A stretch of 64,000 bases of DNA. Source: Candidatus Fraserbacteria bacterium. GTDB taxonomy: Bacteria; Bipolaricaulota; Bipolaricaulia; RBG-16-55-9; DRXL01. The DNA lies in NCBI GenBank assembly GCA_947085185.1, contig CAMTVK010000021.1:28698-92697 (forward strand), written 5' to 3'. Within the stretch, counting starts at the first letter, position 1. Every line of letters starts with the position of its first letter. The notes beneath the pieces were generated by a model that worked only from the letters and a program-made list of their open reading frames with translations, did no database searches and was not told the origin of the DNA. This document shows positions 46,465 to 55,203 of the stretch, piece by piece. The position numbers and the translations under genes were made by a program.

Positions 46465-47101
46465 ATTCTGCTAAAAATCCACTAAAATCCCGAGGCGGCC
46501 CAGGGACTCTCTCAGAGAAATGCTCCCATGCCCCAGACCAGGGCGACCAACTGTACCCCAGCGACGCCCTCAGCGTAATCACATCGGTCAGCACGAACTC
46601 GATCCCACCCCGCAGCACTATCGCCAAGAACATGCGACGTAAGAGCGTGTCGTGGGCCGTCTGCAGGAGACTTTCAAACGTCTCTTCAGTGATGGCACGC
46701 ACCCCCAAGAGCAACGTCGCCGTGCCCACACCAAGACCGCCGCTCCCAAAGGCGCGCAGCGCCGGAACTCTCTCCGAGAGCGCCCAACGACGATCTACAA
46801 ACGCACTAAAATAGAAGAGCGTGAGGCTCACCCGGCGCGCTCCGCGCTCCGCGCCCACAGAACCCTCGGCAATAGACAATCCTAAGGGAAGCCATGCGAC
46901 TGCGCGCACCCGCGTCCAGCTCCCTGTCATGGCGATGGGCGCAGAGATTTTCGGGAAGTCACTCTTCTCCAAAAGCCCATTGAGATCGCTCAGATTCACA
47001 TAGAACAGCGCGGAGACCGGCTCAAAAGTCGGCCACGGCTCTTGGGCGCAGGCAGCCCCCGCCCACACGAGAACCCCCAACAGACCGAGCAGCTTGTTCA
47101 T
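46424..47101 (-). CDS. hypothetical exported protein, possibly outer-membrane beta-barrel
   Basis: Signal peptide; alternating beta-strand pattern (GGLGVG, GGIEF, ASLGY). Confidence 0.55.
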   Translation of the reverse strand: MNKLLGLLGVLVWAGAACAQEPWPTFEPVSALFYVNLSDLNGLLEKSDFPKISAPIAMTGSWTRVRAVAWLPLGLSIAEGSVGAERGARRVSLTLFYFSAFVDRRWALSERVPALRAFGSGGLGVGTATLLLGVRAITEETFESLLQTAHDTLLRRMFLAIVLRGGIEFVLTDVITLRASLGYSWSPWSGAWEHFSERVPGPPRDFSGFLAEFTISYTPSDGAGF

Positions 47102-47113
47102 GATCGAACCTCC

Positions 47114-47148
47114 TTCAACTTGGAACTTCGAACTTGCAACTGTGAACT
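47114..47148. repeat. five degenerate heptamer tandem repeats (NNNAACT)
   Basis: ttcaact tggaact tcgaact tgcaact gtgaact, intergenic. Confidence 0.75.
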
Positions 47149-47151
47149 GTT

Positions 47152-48042
47152 CTAATGCTCATACCCCCGATCGGGCAGAGTATAGCTTTCTGGGCCAAGC
47201 TGTAGAGTTATGCCCTGGTCTTTGGACACGACTCGCCCGATCACCGTGAATTCACAGACCCGCCGCGCCTCAAAGAGTTTCTCTTGAGGGAGCGTAAAGA
47301 GCAGCTCAAAGTCTTCCCCGAAAAAGAGCCCCATCTCGAAGATCTCGTCTTGATCGCGCGCCAGCTCTTCGACTTCGAGGGCGAACGGGATCGCCGTCGC
47401 GTCAATCTTGAACCCAACTTGACTGGCTTCGCCAAGCTGATAGAGCGAGCGCGCCAGCCCGTCAGAGATATCTATCATACTGCTGGCGAGGGGTGCGAGG
47501 GCCTGACCCTGGCGCACTCGGGGCAGAAAGCGCAACAGCTCATTGGCTTGCTCAAAGTCCTTCTCTGTGAGGAGCTGCAAGGCTGCCGCCGTCCGCCCCA
47601 GATCGCCCGTCACGCAGACTAAGTCCGCGACGCGAGCACCGGAGCGCAAGACGGGTCTGGGCGCCTCCCCAAGTGCCGTCGTCACAACTGTGAACTCACT
47701 ATGCCGATCAGTGTCCCCGCCCAAAAGGGGAGTCTGGCACGCGGTGCAGCACGCCAGCGCTCCATCCAAAAACTCCTTGAGAAATTTCCGATCAAACTGC
47801 GGCGCCCCAAGGGCGATCACAACCCCTATGGGCCGCCCGCCCATCGCGGCGATGTCGCTCAACGAGACAGCTACAGTGCGCCACCCCATCGTATAGGGCG
47901 CCATCCCTTCGGGAAAATCCGTCTGACGGTGGAGCATATCGGTGGTCAGCAAGAGATTGGTCTTCTTAAACGGAACGACGGCGCAATCGTCGCCGATGGG
48001 GAGTCTCTCGCGTAAGAGCTTGATGACGTCGCGCTCGCGCAT
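47152..48042 (-). CDS. thiL: thiamine-monophosphate kinase
   Basis: IGDDCA, SDIAAMGG, GGDT, DISDGL, GEDFELLFT. Confidence 0.94.
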   Translation of the reverse strand: MRERDVIKLLRERLPIGDDCAVVPFKKTNLLLTTDMLHRQTDFPEGMAPYTMGWRTVAVSLSDIAAMGGRPIGVVIALGAPQFDRKFLKEFLDGALACCTACQTPLLGGDTDRHSEFTVVTTALGEAPRPVLRSGARVADLVCVTGDLGRTAAALQLLTEKDFEQANELLRFLPRVRQGQALAPLASSMIDISDGLARSLYQLGEASQVGFKIDATAIPFALEVEELARDQDEIFEMGLFFGEDFELLFTLPQEKLFEARRVCEFTVIGRVVSKDQGITLQLGPESYTLPDRGYEH

Positions 48043-48057
48043 GGGCTTACTATACAC

Positions 48058-48816
48058 TCACGGCGACCTCTTGTCCATGTCGCCCATAATGGCCGCGATG
48101 TGCCTCTCTAATTTGGGGTAGTGCGTGCCGCGCCAGTAGGGCTTCTGGCAGCTTGTACAGATAAGAAACTCATCGTGCTCGACGGCGACCCGCGGGGGGA
48201 TGTGGGAGAGAATCTGTTCTTTGGCGATGGGCTCAAGCAGCCCGTTGCACACCAAGCACCGTCGGAACGGGTCGATGAGCGCTTCTAAGTTGAAGCGTCG
48301 CACGACGGCACGGGCTTGCTTGAGGGGATCGGTCGAGCGCAGCCAATAGCCGTGAGTGACGGCGTTGTGCTTGAGCAGATCGCGGTCGCGCGTGAGTACG
48401 ATCCGCCCCTCTGCCGCCGCGATAGCTACAAGCTCCCTGTCTTCGTAGGAGTTTGAGTGCAGGGTGTCGAACCCCAAAAGCCGCAACAGACGCGCCAACT
48501 TCCCCAAGTGCACATCAGCAATGAACGCCATCTGTCTGAGTGGCTTCTCCCGCAGCTGCACGATGGGCGAGATGTCGAAGCTCTCGAAGACTGGGTAGAC
48601 CGCAACGCGATCCCGATCGCTCAAACGATACAAAAACCCTACGGACTGCCCATTGACAATGATGAGATCAACTTCGGTGTGCGGCACCCCTAGGGCTTCA
48701 ATAGCGTCCTTCACTGCCGGAGTGTTCTGAAATCTGTACTCGATATCACACTGGCGGTGTTTGGGCGGGAGGAAGTCGTTGAGTTCGCCGTAGAACCGAA
48801 AGACTGCTGTACTCAT
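48058..48816 (-). CDS. Mut7-C ubiquitin + RNase (PIN-like) domain protein
   Basis: RFYGELNDFL, GVPHTEV, DVHLGKLARLLRLLGFD, LTRD, CxxC...CxxC..YW.GTH. Confidence 0.9.
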   Translation of the reverse strand: MSTAVFRFYGELNDFLPPKHRQCDIEYRFQNTPAVKDAIEALGVPHTEVDLIIVNGQSVGFLYRLSDRDRVAVYPVFESFDISPIVQLREKPLRQMAFIADVHLGKLARLLRLLGFDTLHSNSYEDRELVAIAAAEGRIVLTRDRDLLKHNAVTHGYWLRSTDPLKQARAVVRRFNLEALIDPFRRCLVCNGLLEPIAKEQILSHIPPRVAVEHDEFLICTSCQKPYWRGTHYPKLERHIAAIMGDMDKRSP

Positions 48817-49684
48817 GGTCTGGGATGTATTTTACCAAGTTGGCACGCGTGAGCACAGTACGCTACACTCAATTCAGTGCAGGGCGGTCTTCCTTGACCG
48901 CTGGGATGGCACGTGTCCGCCGTGCGATGCAGCCATCAGCGCGGGATTGCAGCTGATTCTCACCGTGCGTGCCAACGGCGGCCCCCGCCTTCCCACAGCA
49001 CCCCCAGCTCATCTTCATGCCTACCAAACGGCTCTTGCGGCGGTCCTCGATCGGTATCGCCCTGCAGTGCTCGTTGTGGAGAACGAAGAGAATTCGGCCC
49101 TGTTTTACTCCGGCACCCCGGAAGAATACGGCGTCCAAGTGCAAGCGGCCTGCGACGTTGCCCATCACAAACATATCCCCTGCACCAACGGAGGCTTGGT
49201 GAGTACGTTGGTAGCTCTCTTAGTGTACGATTATTACTTGTCCACAGGGCAGCTTTCTGCGGCTCGGGACTTTGCCTCACGAGCGTTCACCGCGGAGCAG
49301 CAACAGCAGCTTGGGAGTGCCCAAGCTCAGGAGCAGATTCGCAAGGGCAAGGCACTACTTGCGGCTTACCGCGCCGCAGGTGTGGATTTTGTGAACTTTC
49401 ATTGGTACATAGCCGATCCGGGCGCGCTGAAAGAAGCCGTAACGTATCTGCGGGCTCAGCTTGGCCGCCCTGTCATCACGAACGAAGTCGGGCAATTCAC
49501 TGATGATCCCACTGAGACGTGGAGCAAGATGAATACGATTGTGGAGCTGGGCCTGCCCATGGCCGTGTGGTTTGCCCAAGACGGGCCACAGGCCCGCGGG
49601 CTCGTCAACCCAAACGGCTCTCTGCGCCCAACAGGCGAAGCATTCCGACGCTTCATCGCCCAGACTTTTGGGACCAAACCATGA
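48815..49684 (+). CDS. glycoside-hydrolase-like TIM-barrel protein, probably N-truncated
   Basis: VENEE, DFVNFHWY and PVITNEVG resemble the clan GH-A catalytic Glu pair; no signal peptide. Confidence 0.5.
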   Translation: MVWDVFYQVGTREHSTLHSIQCRAVFLDRWDGTCPPCDAAISAGLQLILTVRANGGPRLPTAPPAHLHAYQTALAAVLDRYRPAVLVVENEENSALFYSGTPEEYGVQVQAACDVAHHKHIPCTNGGLVSTLVALLVYDYYLSTGQLSAARDFASRAFTAEQQQQLGSAQAQEQIRKGKALLAAYRAAGVDFVNFHWYIADPGALKEAVTYLRAQLGRPVITNEVGQFTDDPTETWSKMNTIVELGLPMAVWFAQDGPQARGLVNPNGSLRPTGEAFRRFIAQTFGTKP

Positions 49685-49725
49685 CGCTTGACAGAGCTCG
49701 CTCAGAGAGCTACAGTAAGAGTGCT

Positions 49726-50322
49726 ATGGGAGAGTCGGCCAAGACCAGGCTCAGCTACGAGGAGTTCTTAAAGCTCTACGACGAAGACGTCCACGCCGAG
49801 TGGATGGACGGCGAGGTGATTCTGTTGTCCCCAGCATCGAGTCGTCATCAAGATCTCTCAGATTTCTTAACAGCCATCTTGAGAGCGTATGTGGAAGCCA
49901 AGCGGCTTGGTGTCGTGCGATCAGCACCCTTCCAGATGCGCCTTGGGCTTTCTGGGCGCGAGCCCGATCTGCTCTTTGTAGCCCAAGAACATATAGAGCG
50001 CCTCCAAGAGAACTATCTTGACGGCCCAGCAGATCTCGTCATTGAGATCGTCTCACCGGAGAGCCGCCTGCGCGACCGAGGCGAAAAATTAGCTGAATAT
50101 GAGCTCTCTGGCGTGCGTGAGTATTGGCTCATTGACCCCGAGGAGAAGCGCGCCGATTTTTATATTCTCGGCGATGACGGGCGCTATGACCGCCGTCGGT
50201 CTGGACCTGAGGGGCGCTATCGCTCCGAAGTCTTGAAGGGCTTTGAGCTGGACACAAACTGGCTCTGGCGTTCTCCTCTGCCCCCGGTGCTCGAGGTCCT
50301 GCGGGAGCTCCGGCTCGTCTAA
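49726..50322 (+). CDS. Uma2 family (DUF820) endonuclease
   Basis: EPDLLFV, GPADLVIEIVSP, D.GEK..Y...GVREYWLIDP. Confidence 0.9.
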   Translation: MGESAKTRLSYEEFLKLYDEDVHAEWMDGEVILLSPASSRHQDLSDFLTAILRAYVEAKRLGVVRSAPFQMRLGLSGREPDLLFVAQEHIERLQENYLDGPADLVIEIVSPESRLRDRGEKLAEYELSGVREYWLIDPEEKRADFYILGDDGRYDRRRSGPEGRYRSEVLKGFELDTNWLWRSPLPPVLEVLRELRLV

Positions 50323-50346
50323 AGCTCGCGTGTTCCCCTCAAACAC

Positions 50347-50390
50347 TTGACAAAATCTTTGTTTGCCCATATAATTAGGACTCCTAATTA
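50347..50390 (+). promoter_or_regulatory. sigma70 promoter with overlapping 19-bp palindromic operator
   Basis: TTGACA-17-TATAAT; TAATTAGGA-C-TCCTAATTA at 50372-50390. Confidence 0.85.
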
Positions 50391-50417
50391 AATCTCGCAA
50401 CGCTCAGGAGGTTCGCT

Positions 50418-50996
50418 ATGACGACTATTCCCGGCTACGCCTACGGGAGCGCCGCTCCCTCGCCCGTCACAATGAAAGAGCTCAATGAGCTCAAGCAAGC
50501 CGTGCTCTTCACCCCCGAAGACGAAAGATATCTCAAGATGGCCGGCGAAGTCCTCAAAGACCAGATCGAAGAAGTGCTCGATCTGTGGTACGGCTTTGTG
50601 GGGTCCCATCCCCACCTGGTCTATTATTTCTCTGGGCCAGACGGCAAGCCCGACGCAAATTATCTTGCTGCGGTGCGCAAGCGCTTCGGCCAGTGGATCT
50701 TGGACACGTGCACCCGTCCGTATGATCAGACTTGGCTGAACTATCAGCACGAGATCGGGCTGCGCCACCACCGCACCAAGAAGAACCAAACAGATAGAGC
50801 TCGTTCAGTGCCCATCGTCCCATTACGATATCTCATTGCGTTCATCTATCCCATCACGGCGACGATCAAGCCCTTCTTGGCCAAGAAGGGGCACAGTCCC
50901 GAAGATCTTGAGAAAATGCATCAGGCATGGTTCAAGTCGGTGACGCTCCAAGTGGCGTTGTGGAGCTTCCCCTATGCGAAAGATCGAGATTTCTGA
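50418..50996 (+). CDS. protoglobin
   Basis: IPGYAYG, WYGFVGSHPHL, RFGQWILDT, YQHEIGLRHHRTKKNQTD; matches protoglobin signatures. Confidence 0.93.
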   Translation: MTTIPGYAYGSAAPSPVTMKELNELKQAVLFTPEDERYLKMAGEVLKDQIEEVLDLWYGFVGSHPHLVYYFSGPDGKPDANYLAAVRKRFGQWILDTCTRPYDQTWLNYQHEIGLRHHRTKKNQTDRARSVPIVPLRYLIAFIYPITATIKPFLAKKGHSPEDLEKMHQAWFKSVTLQVALWSFPYAKDRDF

Positions 50997-51586
50997 TGAG
51001 TGAACTCGACGAGAAGCTGGTGGCGGCGCTGGAGCGGCTCTCGCATGTGATGCGAACGCTTCTGTGGGAAGAGGCTGTGCAGAGCCGCCTCAGCCCCATT
51101 CAGATTCAGACGCTGATCTATCTGAGTTCACATCCGGAAGAGCTTTGCCGGGTAGGGCAGCTCGCCCACGAGTTCGGGCTCACCCCAGCGACCATCAGCG
51201 ATGCTGTGGATGCCCTCGCAGAGAAGGGTCTTCTTGTACGTCGGCCCTGGCCTGAAGACGGGCGCGTCTTGACGTTGTGCTTAACGACCGAGGGCCAGCG
51301 TCAAGCGCAAAGGCTTTCGCGTTGGACCGAAGCGCTTCAAGAGCAGATCGCGCCCTTCCCCCTCGCAGAGAAGGAGCGTGCCTTGAGGTTCTTCTTGGAG
51401 CTCATCGAGCGGCTCTATCGCGCGGGGATCATCACAGTTGCGCGGGTGTGCTTGACGTGCCGGTTCTTCCGCGCGAACGCCCATCCCAACTCGCAGACCC
51501 CGCACCATTGCGCATTAATGGACAAGCCCTTGGCCGAGAGCAAGCTGCGCGTCGATTGCCCCGAGCATGAAGCGGCTCATTGCTGA
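50996..51586 (+). CDS. MarR-family regulator with C-terminal Cys/His cluster
   Basis: LSPIQIQ..LAHEFGLTPATISDAV..L..KGL...DGR; CLTC...HHC...DCPEH; TGATG-coupled to protoglobin. Confidence 0.88.
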   Translation: MSELDEKLVAALERLSHVMRTLLWEEAVQSRLSPIQIQTLIYLSSHPEELCRVGQLAHEFGLTPATISDAVDALAEKGLLVRRPWPEDGRVLTLCLTTEGQRQAQRLSRWTEALQEQIAPFPLAEKERALRFFLELIERLYRAGIITVARVCLTCRFFRANAHPNSQTPHHCALMDKPLAESKLRVDCPEHEAAHC

Positions 51587-52134
51587 GCGCTCCTAGAGCT
51601 TTTTGCCAACAGCCAGATCACTCCCACCCCTAACAGCACATCCCCCACGCTGAACGCATTAGCAAACGGCACCCAGCTTGGCACCCAAAAGATATCTCCC
51701 AAAAGATTGAGCTTCGTCTGATCGCTCATCATGATGACATTCCCGAAGACGCCTTCTGTCAGCAATCTCTCGACTGTGGCTGTTCTGCCCGCAGCCCGCA
51801 GGGCTTCAAGGGACGCTGGCATATGCCCCCCATTGACGGTAATGACAAGAAAATTCGAGAGCATCCCCAGGGCCATCAACCACAGGGCCTTCTCGCGATA
51901 ATTGAGCCCCACAAAGAGCAGTAAGAGCAGATACGACCCTATGTGTAAAAACTCCATGCCCCAAGTGACGAGGGGCTTCGATCCTGCCCCTAGGGGCAGG
52001 ATCAGAATTTGCACGAGCACAGCGAGCAGCACCAGCCAGCTTGCACGCAGTTTCAGCTCTGCTAAATGGGCTATCCCTCGATGGCGTACTAGTCCAACGA
52101 GAAGCCCTAAGAGAATCGCCCAGAGGAGAACCAT
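51577..52134 (-). CDS. DUF5317 family membrane protein
   Basis: SNFLVITVNGGHMP, LGDIF and FSVGD motifs; about 5 TM segments. Confidence 0.82.
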   Translation of the reverse strand: MVLLWAILLGLLVGLVRHRGIAHLAELKLRASWLVLLAVLVQILILPLGAGSKPLVTWGMEFLHIGSYLLLLLFVGLNYREKALWLMALGMLSNFLVITVNGGHMPASLEALRAAGRTATVERLLTEGVFGNVIMMSDQTKLNLLGDIFWVPSWVPFANAFSVGDVLLGVGVIWLLAKSSRSAQQ

Positions 52135-53414
52135 AGGGGTTCTTTCAGTTCATCGGAGATGACGCGCACGAGCGCCTCGACGACCTTTGGGTCGAACTGG
52201 CGGCCGCTTTCTGCTTGGATGAGGCGCACGGCCTCGGCGGGCTCGTAGTGTCTGGGTTTCCCTTGGGATTCGCGATACAGACGATCGCTCGTCAGAGCAT
52301 GGTAGACATCAGCGACGTGGATGATGCGTGCGCCCAGGGGGATCTGTTCGCCCTTGAGGCCGTCGGGGTAGCCGGAGCCGTCCCAGCGCTCATGTTCGTA
52401 TTTGACCAAGTGGGCGGCTTCGCTGTACATCTCTAAGTTTTTGAGCAGATCGAAGCCGATGACGGTGTGTTGTTTGACGAGCTGCCATTCGGGGTCATTG
52501 AGGGGGCCGGGCTTATTGAGGATATCGTCGGGGATGCCGACCTTGCCGATGTCATGGACGAGTGCGGCGGTGCGGATCGTCTCGATTTGGTCTTCGGGGA
52601 GTTCCATCTCGCGCGCGATCTTTTCGGCCAAGTCCGCGACTTCTTCGGAGTGTTCTGCCGTGTAGGGATCGCGCTCGTGGAGCATTTTGACCATGGTTTC
52701 GATGGTGCGTTGGGTTTCCCTGCGGAGCTTGGAGTAGCCGCGCAGGGTGAGGTGGACGCCGACGGCAGGGATGAGCACCAAGAGCGTCTGCCAGGGAGCT
52801 TGGACGTAGACGACAGCAGTCAAGATCGCAATGATGCCGATAGCAAGAACTTGGAAGGGGAGATGACGAATATGGAAGGTCACGAGTTTTGAGAACCTGA
52901 TGCGCTGAGTTAGGTGAAGGATCCCAGAAACGAGGATTGTATTTGTTGCCGCGTAGCCGGCATAAGCGAGAACGAGCGGAACTATCTCAGCCAACGATTT
53001 ATACGGTGGCGAATGGCCGCCAAATGCCTGAAAGATCAAGACAGCTGCCCAACTGCTGAGTACTATTTGGCTTGTGTTGAAAGCAACACGAGAGAAAAAA
53101 TATAGCGGATCCTCTCGTAAACGATACCATCGCAAGACGATCTCAGCAAAGAGCGTTCCTAGTAGGACGCTCCAGAGCATTGCTGGCGGCCCGGCGATGA
53201 ACAGTACGGCACAGTATATGATCTCAGATGTTGACATACTGCGCCGTGAAGCAATTTCGACTTCGAAGAGGTCAGCCAAAAACGCAAGGATCGTAGCGAT
53301 CAGCACCAGCATTATCGGTGTCGGATCGTTCTGGATGCGAGGCAAATAGAAACTAAGCGGGGCAAAACTTAGAAGGACGACAAACCAGACATACACTCTT
53401 ACTTGCCAACTCAT
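52107..53414 (-). CDS. multi-TM sensor HD-GYP phosphodiesterase
   Basis: About 6-7 TM N-terminus; DPYT.EHS, HDIGK, HERWDGSGYP, GRQFDP; start at MSWQ. Confidence 0.92.
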   Translation of the reverse strand: MSWQVRVYVWFVVLLSFAPLSFYLPRIQNDPTPIMLVLIATILAFLADLFEVEIASRRSMSTSEIIYCAVLFIAGPPAMLWSVLLGTLFAEIVLRWYRLREDPLYFFSRVAFNTSQIVLSSWAAVLIFQAFGGHSPPYKSLAEIVPLVLAYAGYAATNTILVSGILHLTQRIRFSKLVTFHIRHLPFQVLAIGIIAILTAVVYVQAPWQTLLVLIPAVGVHLTLRGYSKLRRETQRTIETMVKMLHERDPYTAEHSEEVADLAEKIAREMELPEDQIETIRTAALVHDIGKVGIPDDILNKPGPLNDPEWQLVKQHTVIGFDLLKNLEMYSEAAHLVKYEHERWDGSGYPDGLKGEQIPLGARIIHVADVYHALTSDRLYRESQGKPRHYEPAEAVRLIQAESGRQFDPKVVEALVRVISDELKEPLWFSSGRFS

Positions 53415-53435
53415 GTTGGCAGCATTATATGCAAA

Positions 53436-53466
53436 ATAAAAAAGGGAGTCCAATCCGGACTCCCTT
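53436..53466 (-). terminator. intrinsic terminator after the peptide gene
   Basis: AAGGGAGTCC-GGATT-GGACTCCCTT followed by TTTTATTTT on the minus strand. Confidence 0.85.
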
Positions 53467-53487
53467 GGGGAATTTCAGAGTTTGAGC

Positions 53488-53631
53488 TTATGTCCACTTC
53501 TGACCGGCACCGCTCATGAGCACGAAGGCGCTGATGATAGCGAGAATATAGAGCACCCGCGCCCCGATCTTCTCCTTCACCCAACCGGCTACTCGCTCTG
53601 CTACCTGCCCGTTGTATTCTCCCCACTTCAT
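53488..53631 (-). CDS. unannotated 47-aa membrane peptide (putative signal precursor)
   Basis: MKWGEYNGQVAERVAGWVKEKIGARVLYILAIISAFVLMSGAGQKWT*; AAAGGAGG RBS 8 nt upstream; own promoter and terminator. Confidence 0.85.
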   Translation of the reverse strand: MKWGEYNGQVAERVAGWVKEKIGARVLYILAIISAFVLMSGAGQKWT

Positions 53632-53667
53632 GGTCGTTGCCTCCTTTATGTTGTTGTTGATGGCCAT

Positions 53668-53696
53668 ATTTTATATGCACTTGTATGTTTTGTCAA
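53668..53696 (-). promoter_or_regulatory. sigma70 promoter of the peptide gene
   Basis: TTGACA-17-TAAAAT on the minus strand. Confidence 0.8.
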
Positions 53697-53728
53697 GAGC
53701 TATAACAAAAATCGCGAGTGATTCTTTT

Positions 53729-55114
53729 TTAAGAGGGCCGAAATTCCCGCCGAAAGACCCGCTCACCCCCAGTATCAATGTACTCCACCGTGAGCCGCCC
53801 GTCGCCTAAGACCGTGATCTGCCCGAAATTCCAATGCTGATTGCTCCCGAAAATCCGCGTGGGATTGAGCGTTTCATCGAGCTGCCCCATGTACGACGTC
53901 AGGGCGCTCAGCGGCCCCGCAGTAAACTCATAAAAGTCTATCGCCCCATCGCGATTGGGATCATAGTGAATGACATCGATGAGGTGCTCGTCCCCGGTGA
54001 GCCAGACGACGTTCTTGATCTTGTTCTGCATGATGAAATCGCTGATCTCGATGAGCTCGCGCTCAAAGCCCGTCTCGCTCTCGCCGTTGGCCCAGCTGTC
54101 GCACGCCGCCGGACAATCCGAAGGGAACGAGAGCTTGACTGTCGAGGCAATGAACTTCCAGGTCGCGTTGGAGGTGCGCAGGCTCTCTTTGAGCCACGCA
54201 AGCTGCTCTCGGCCGAGCATGGTCTTATCTGGGCCATCGGGGCGCTTATTGTCGCTACGGTACTGCCGTGTGTCCAAGATAAAGATCTCGACGTGCTGGC
54301 CCCACCGGAACGAACGATATAAACGATGGGGATCTTGGGGGTTCACCGTGATGGGGAAGAACTCGAAGAAGACTTGCCGACCGATAGCTAATCTCTGGGG
54401 ATCTACGGTCGTGCCCGAAAAGTTATTGATCACCTCGTGATCGTCCCAGATCATATACAGGCTCGTAGCGGCGCGCGCTTTTTGATAGGGCTTATCGGCA
54501 AGCTGATATTTCTGCTTGGCCCGATATTCTTCTAGCGTGTTGGCGACGAACTCACTGCCGGGGGCATTGGGCGGACTAGGGCAGCGCTCGTCGTTATACA
54601 CCGTGTCGCCGAGGAAGAGAAAGAAATCGGGCTGGGCTTCAGTCAAGTGATTGAAGATAAAATACTCTGGGCGGCGGCACATGCCCTGACCCCCCAAGTC
54701 AGCGCTCCAGGCGAATTTCACGGGACTAGGGGCGTTGGCTTGTGGAGCCGTGATGAACGTCCCGGCGACGGGCGCGCTCTGCTCACTCCCCAATACTTGG
54801 CGCACGCGATAGGAATAGCGTGTCGCTGGAGTAAGCCCCGTGAGCACGACCTTGCCGGTGAAGTCCGACTCTGGCTTGAGGACAACAGGCTCGGCGCGCT
54901 GCACGTCGCGGAAGTCCTCGCTGGTGCTGTACTCCACCACGAGCGTTGAGTTGGGGGCTTCCGCCCCGCGCGCCCAGATGATCGCGCTCTGGGGGGTGAC
55001 GTCGCCGGAAGAGACCCCATGGGTGATCGCAAGTTTGGCGCCCGCTCCCACACTGAAAGGAGCAAGAGCCCCGCCGATGAACAACAGAACCCCGACTCTG
55101 AAGAGATTTTTCAT
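53729..55114 (-). CDS. phoD: alkaline phosphatase D family protein
   Basis: HGVSSGD, FLGDTVY, WDDHE, LDTRQYR, LTGDEH; signal peptide from MKNLF. Confidence 0.9.
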   Translation of the reverse strand: MKNLFRVGVLLFIGGALAPFSVGAGAKLAITHGVSSGDVTPQSAIIWARGAEAPNSTLVVEYSTSEDFRDVQRAEPVVLKPESDFTGKVVLTGLTPATRYSYRVRQVLGSEQSAPVAGTFITAPQANAPSPVKFAWSADLGGQGMCRRPEYFIFNHLTEAQPDFFLFLGDTVYNDERCPSPPNAPGSEFVANTLEEYRAKQKYQLADKPYQKARAATSLYMIWDDHEVINNFSGTTVDPQRLAIGRQVFFEFFPITVNPQDPHRLYRSFRWGQHVEIFILDTRQYRSDNKRPDGPDKTMLGREQLAWLKESLRTSNATWKFIASTVKLSFPSDCPAACDSWANGESETGFERELIEISDFIMQNKIKNVVWLTGDEHLIDVIHYDPNRDGAIDFYEFTAGPLSALTSYMGQLDETLNPTRIFGSNQHWNFGQITVLGDGRLTVEYIDTGGERVFRREFRPS

Positions 55115-55203
55115 AGTCCTGCACCTCCTGAGAGAGATTATAGCCATACTGTGGCGATCTGCCAAATGAGTCGGCAGCCCAATGGAGCATGCGCTCATAA
55201 GCT

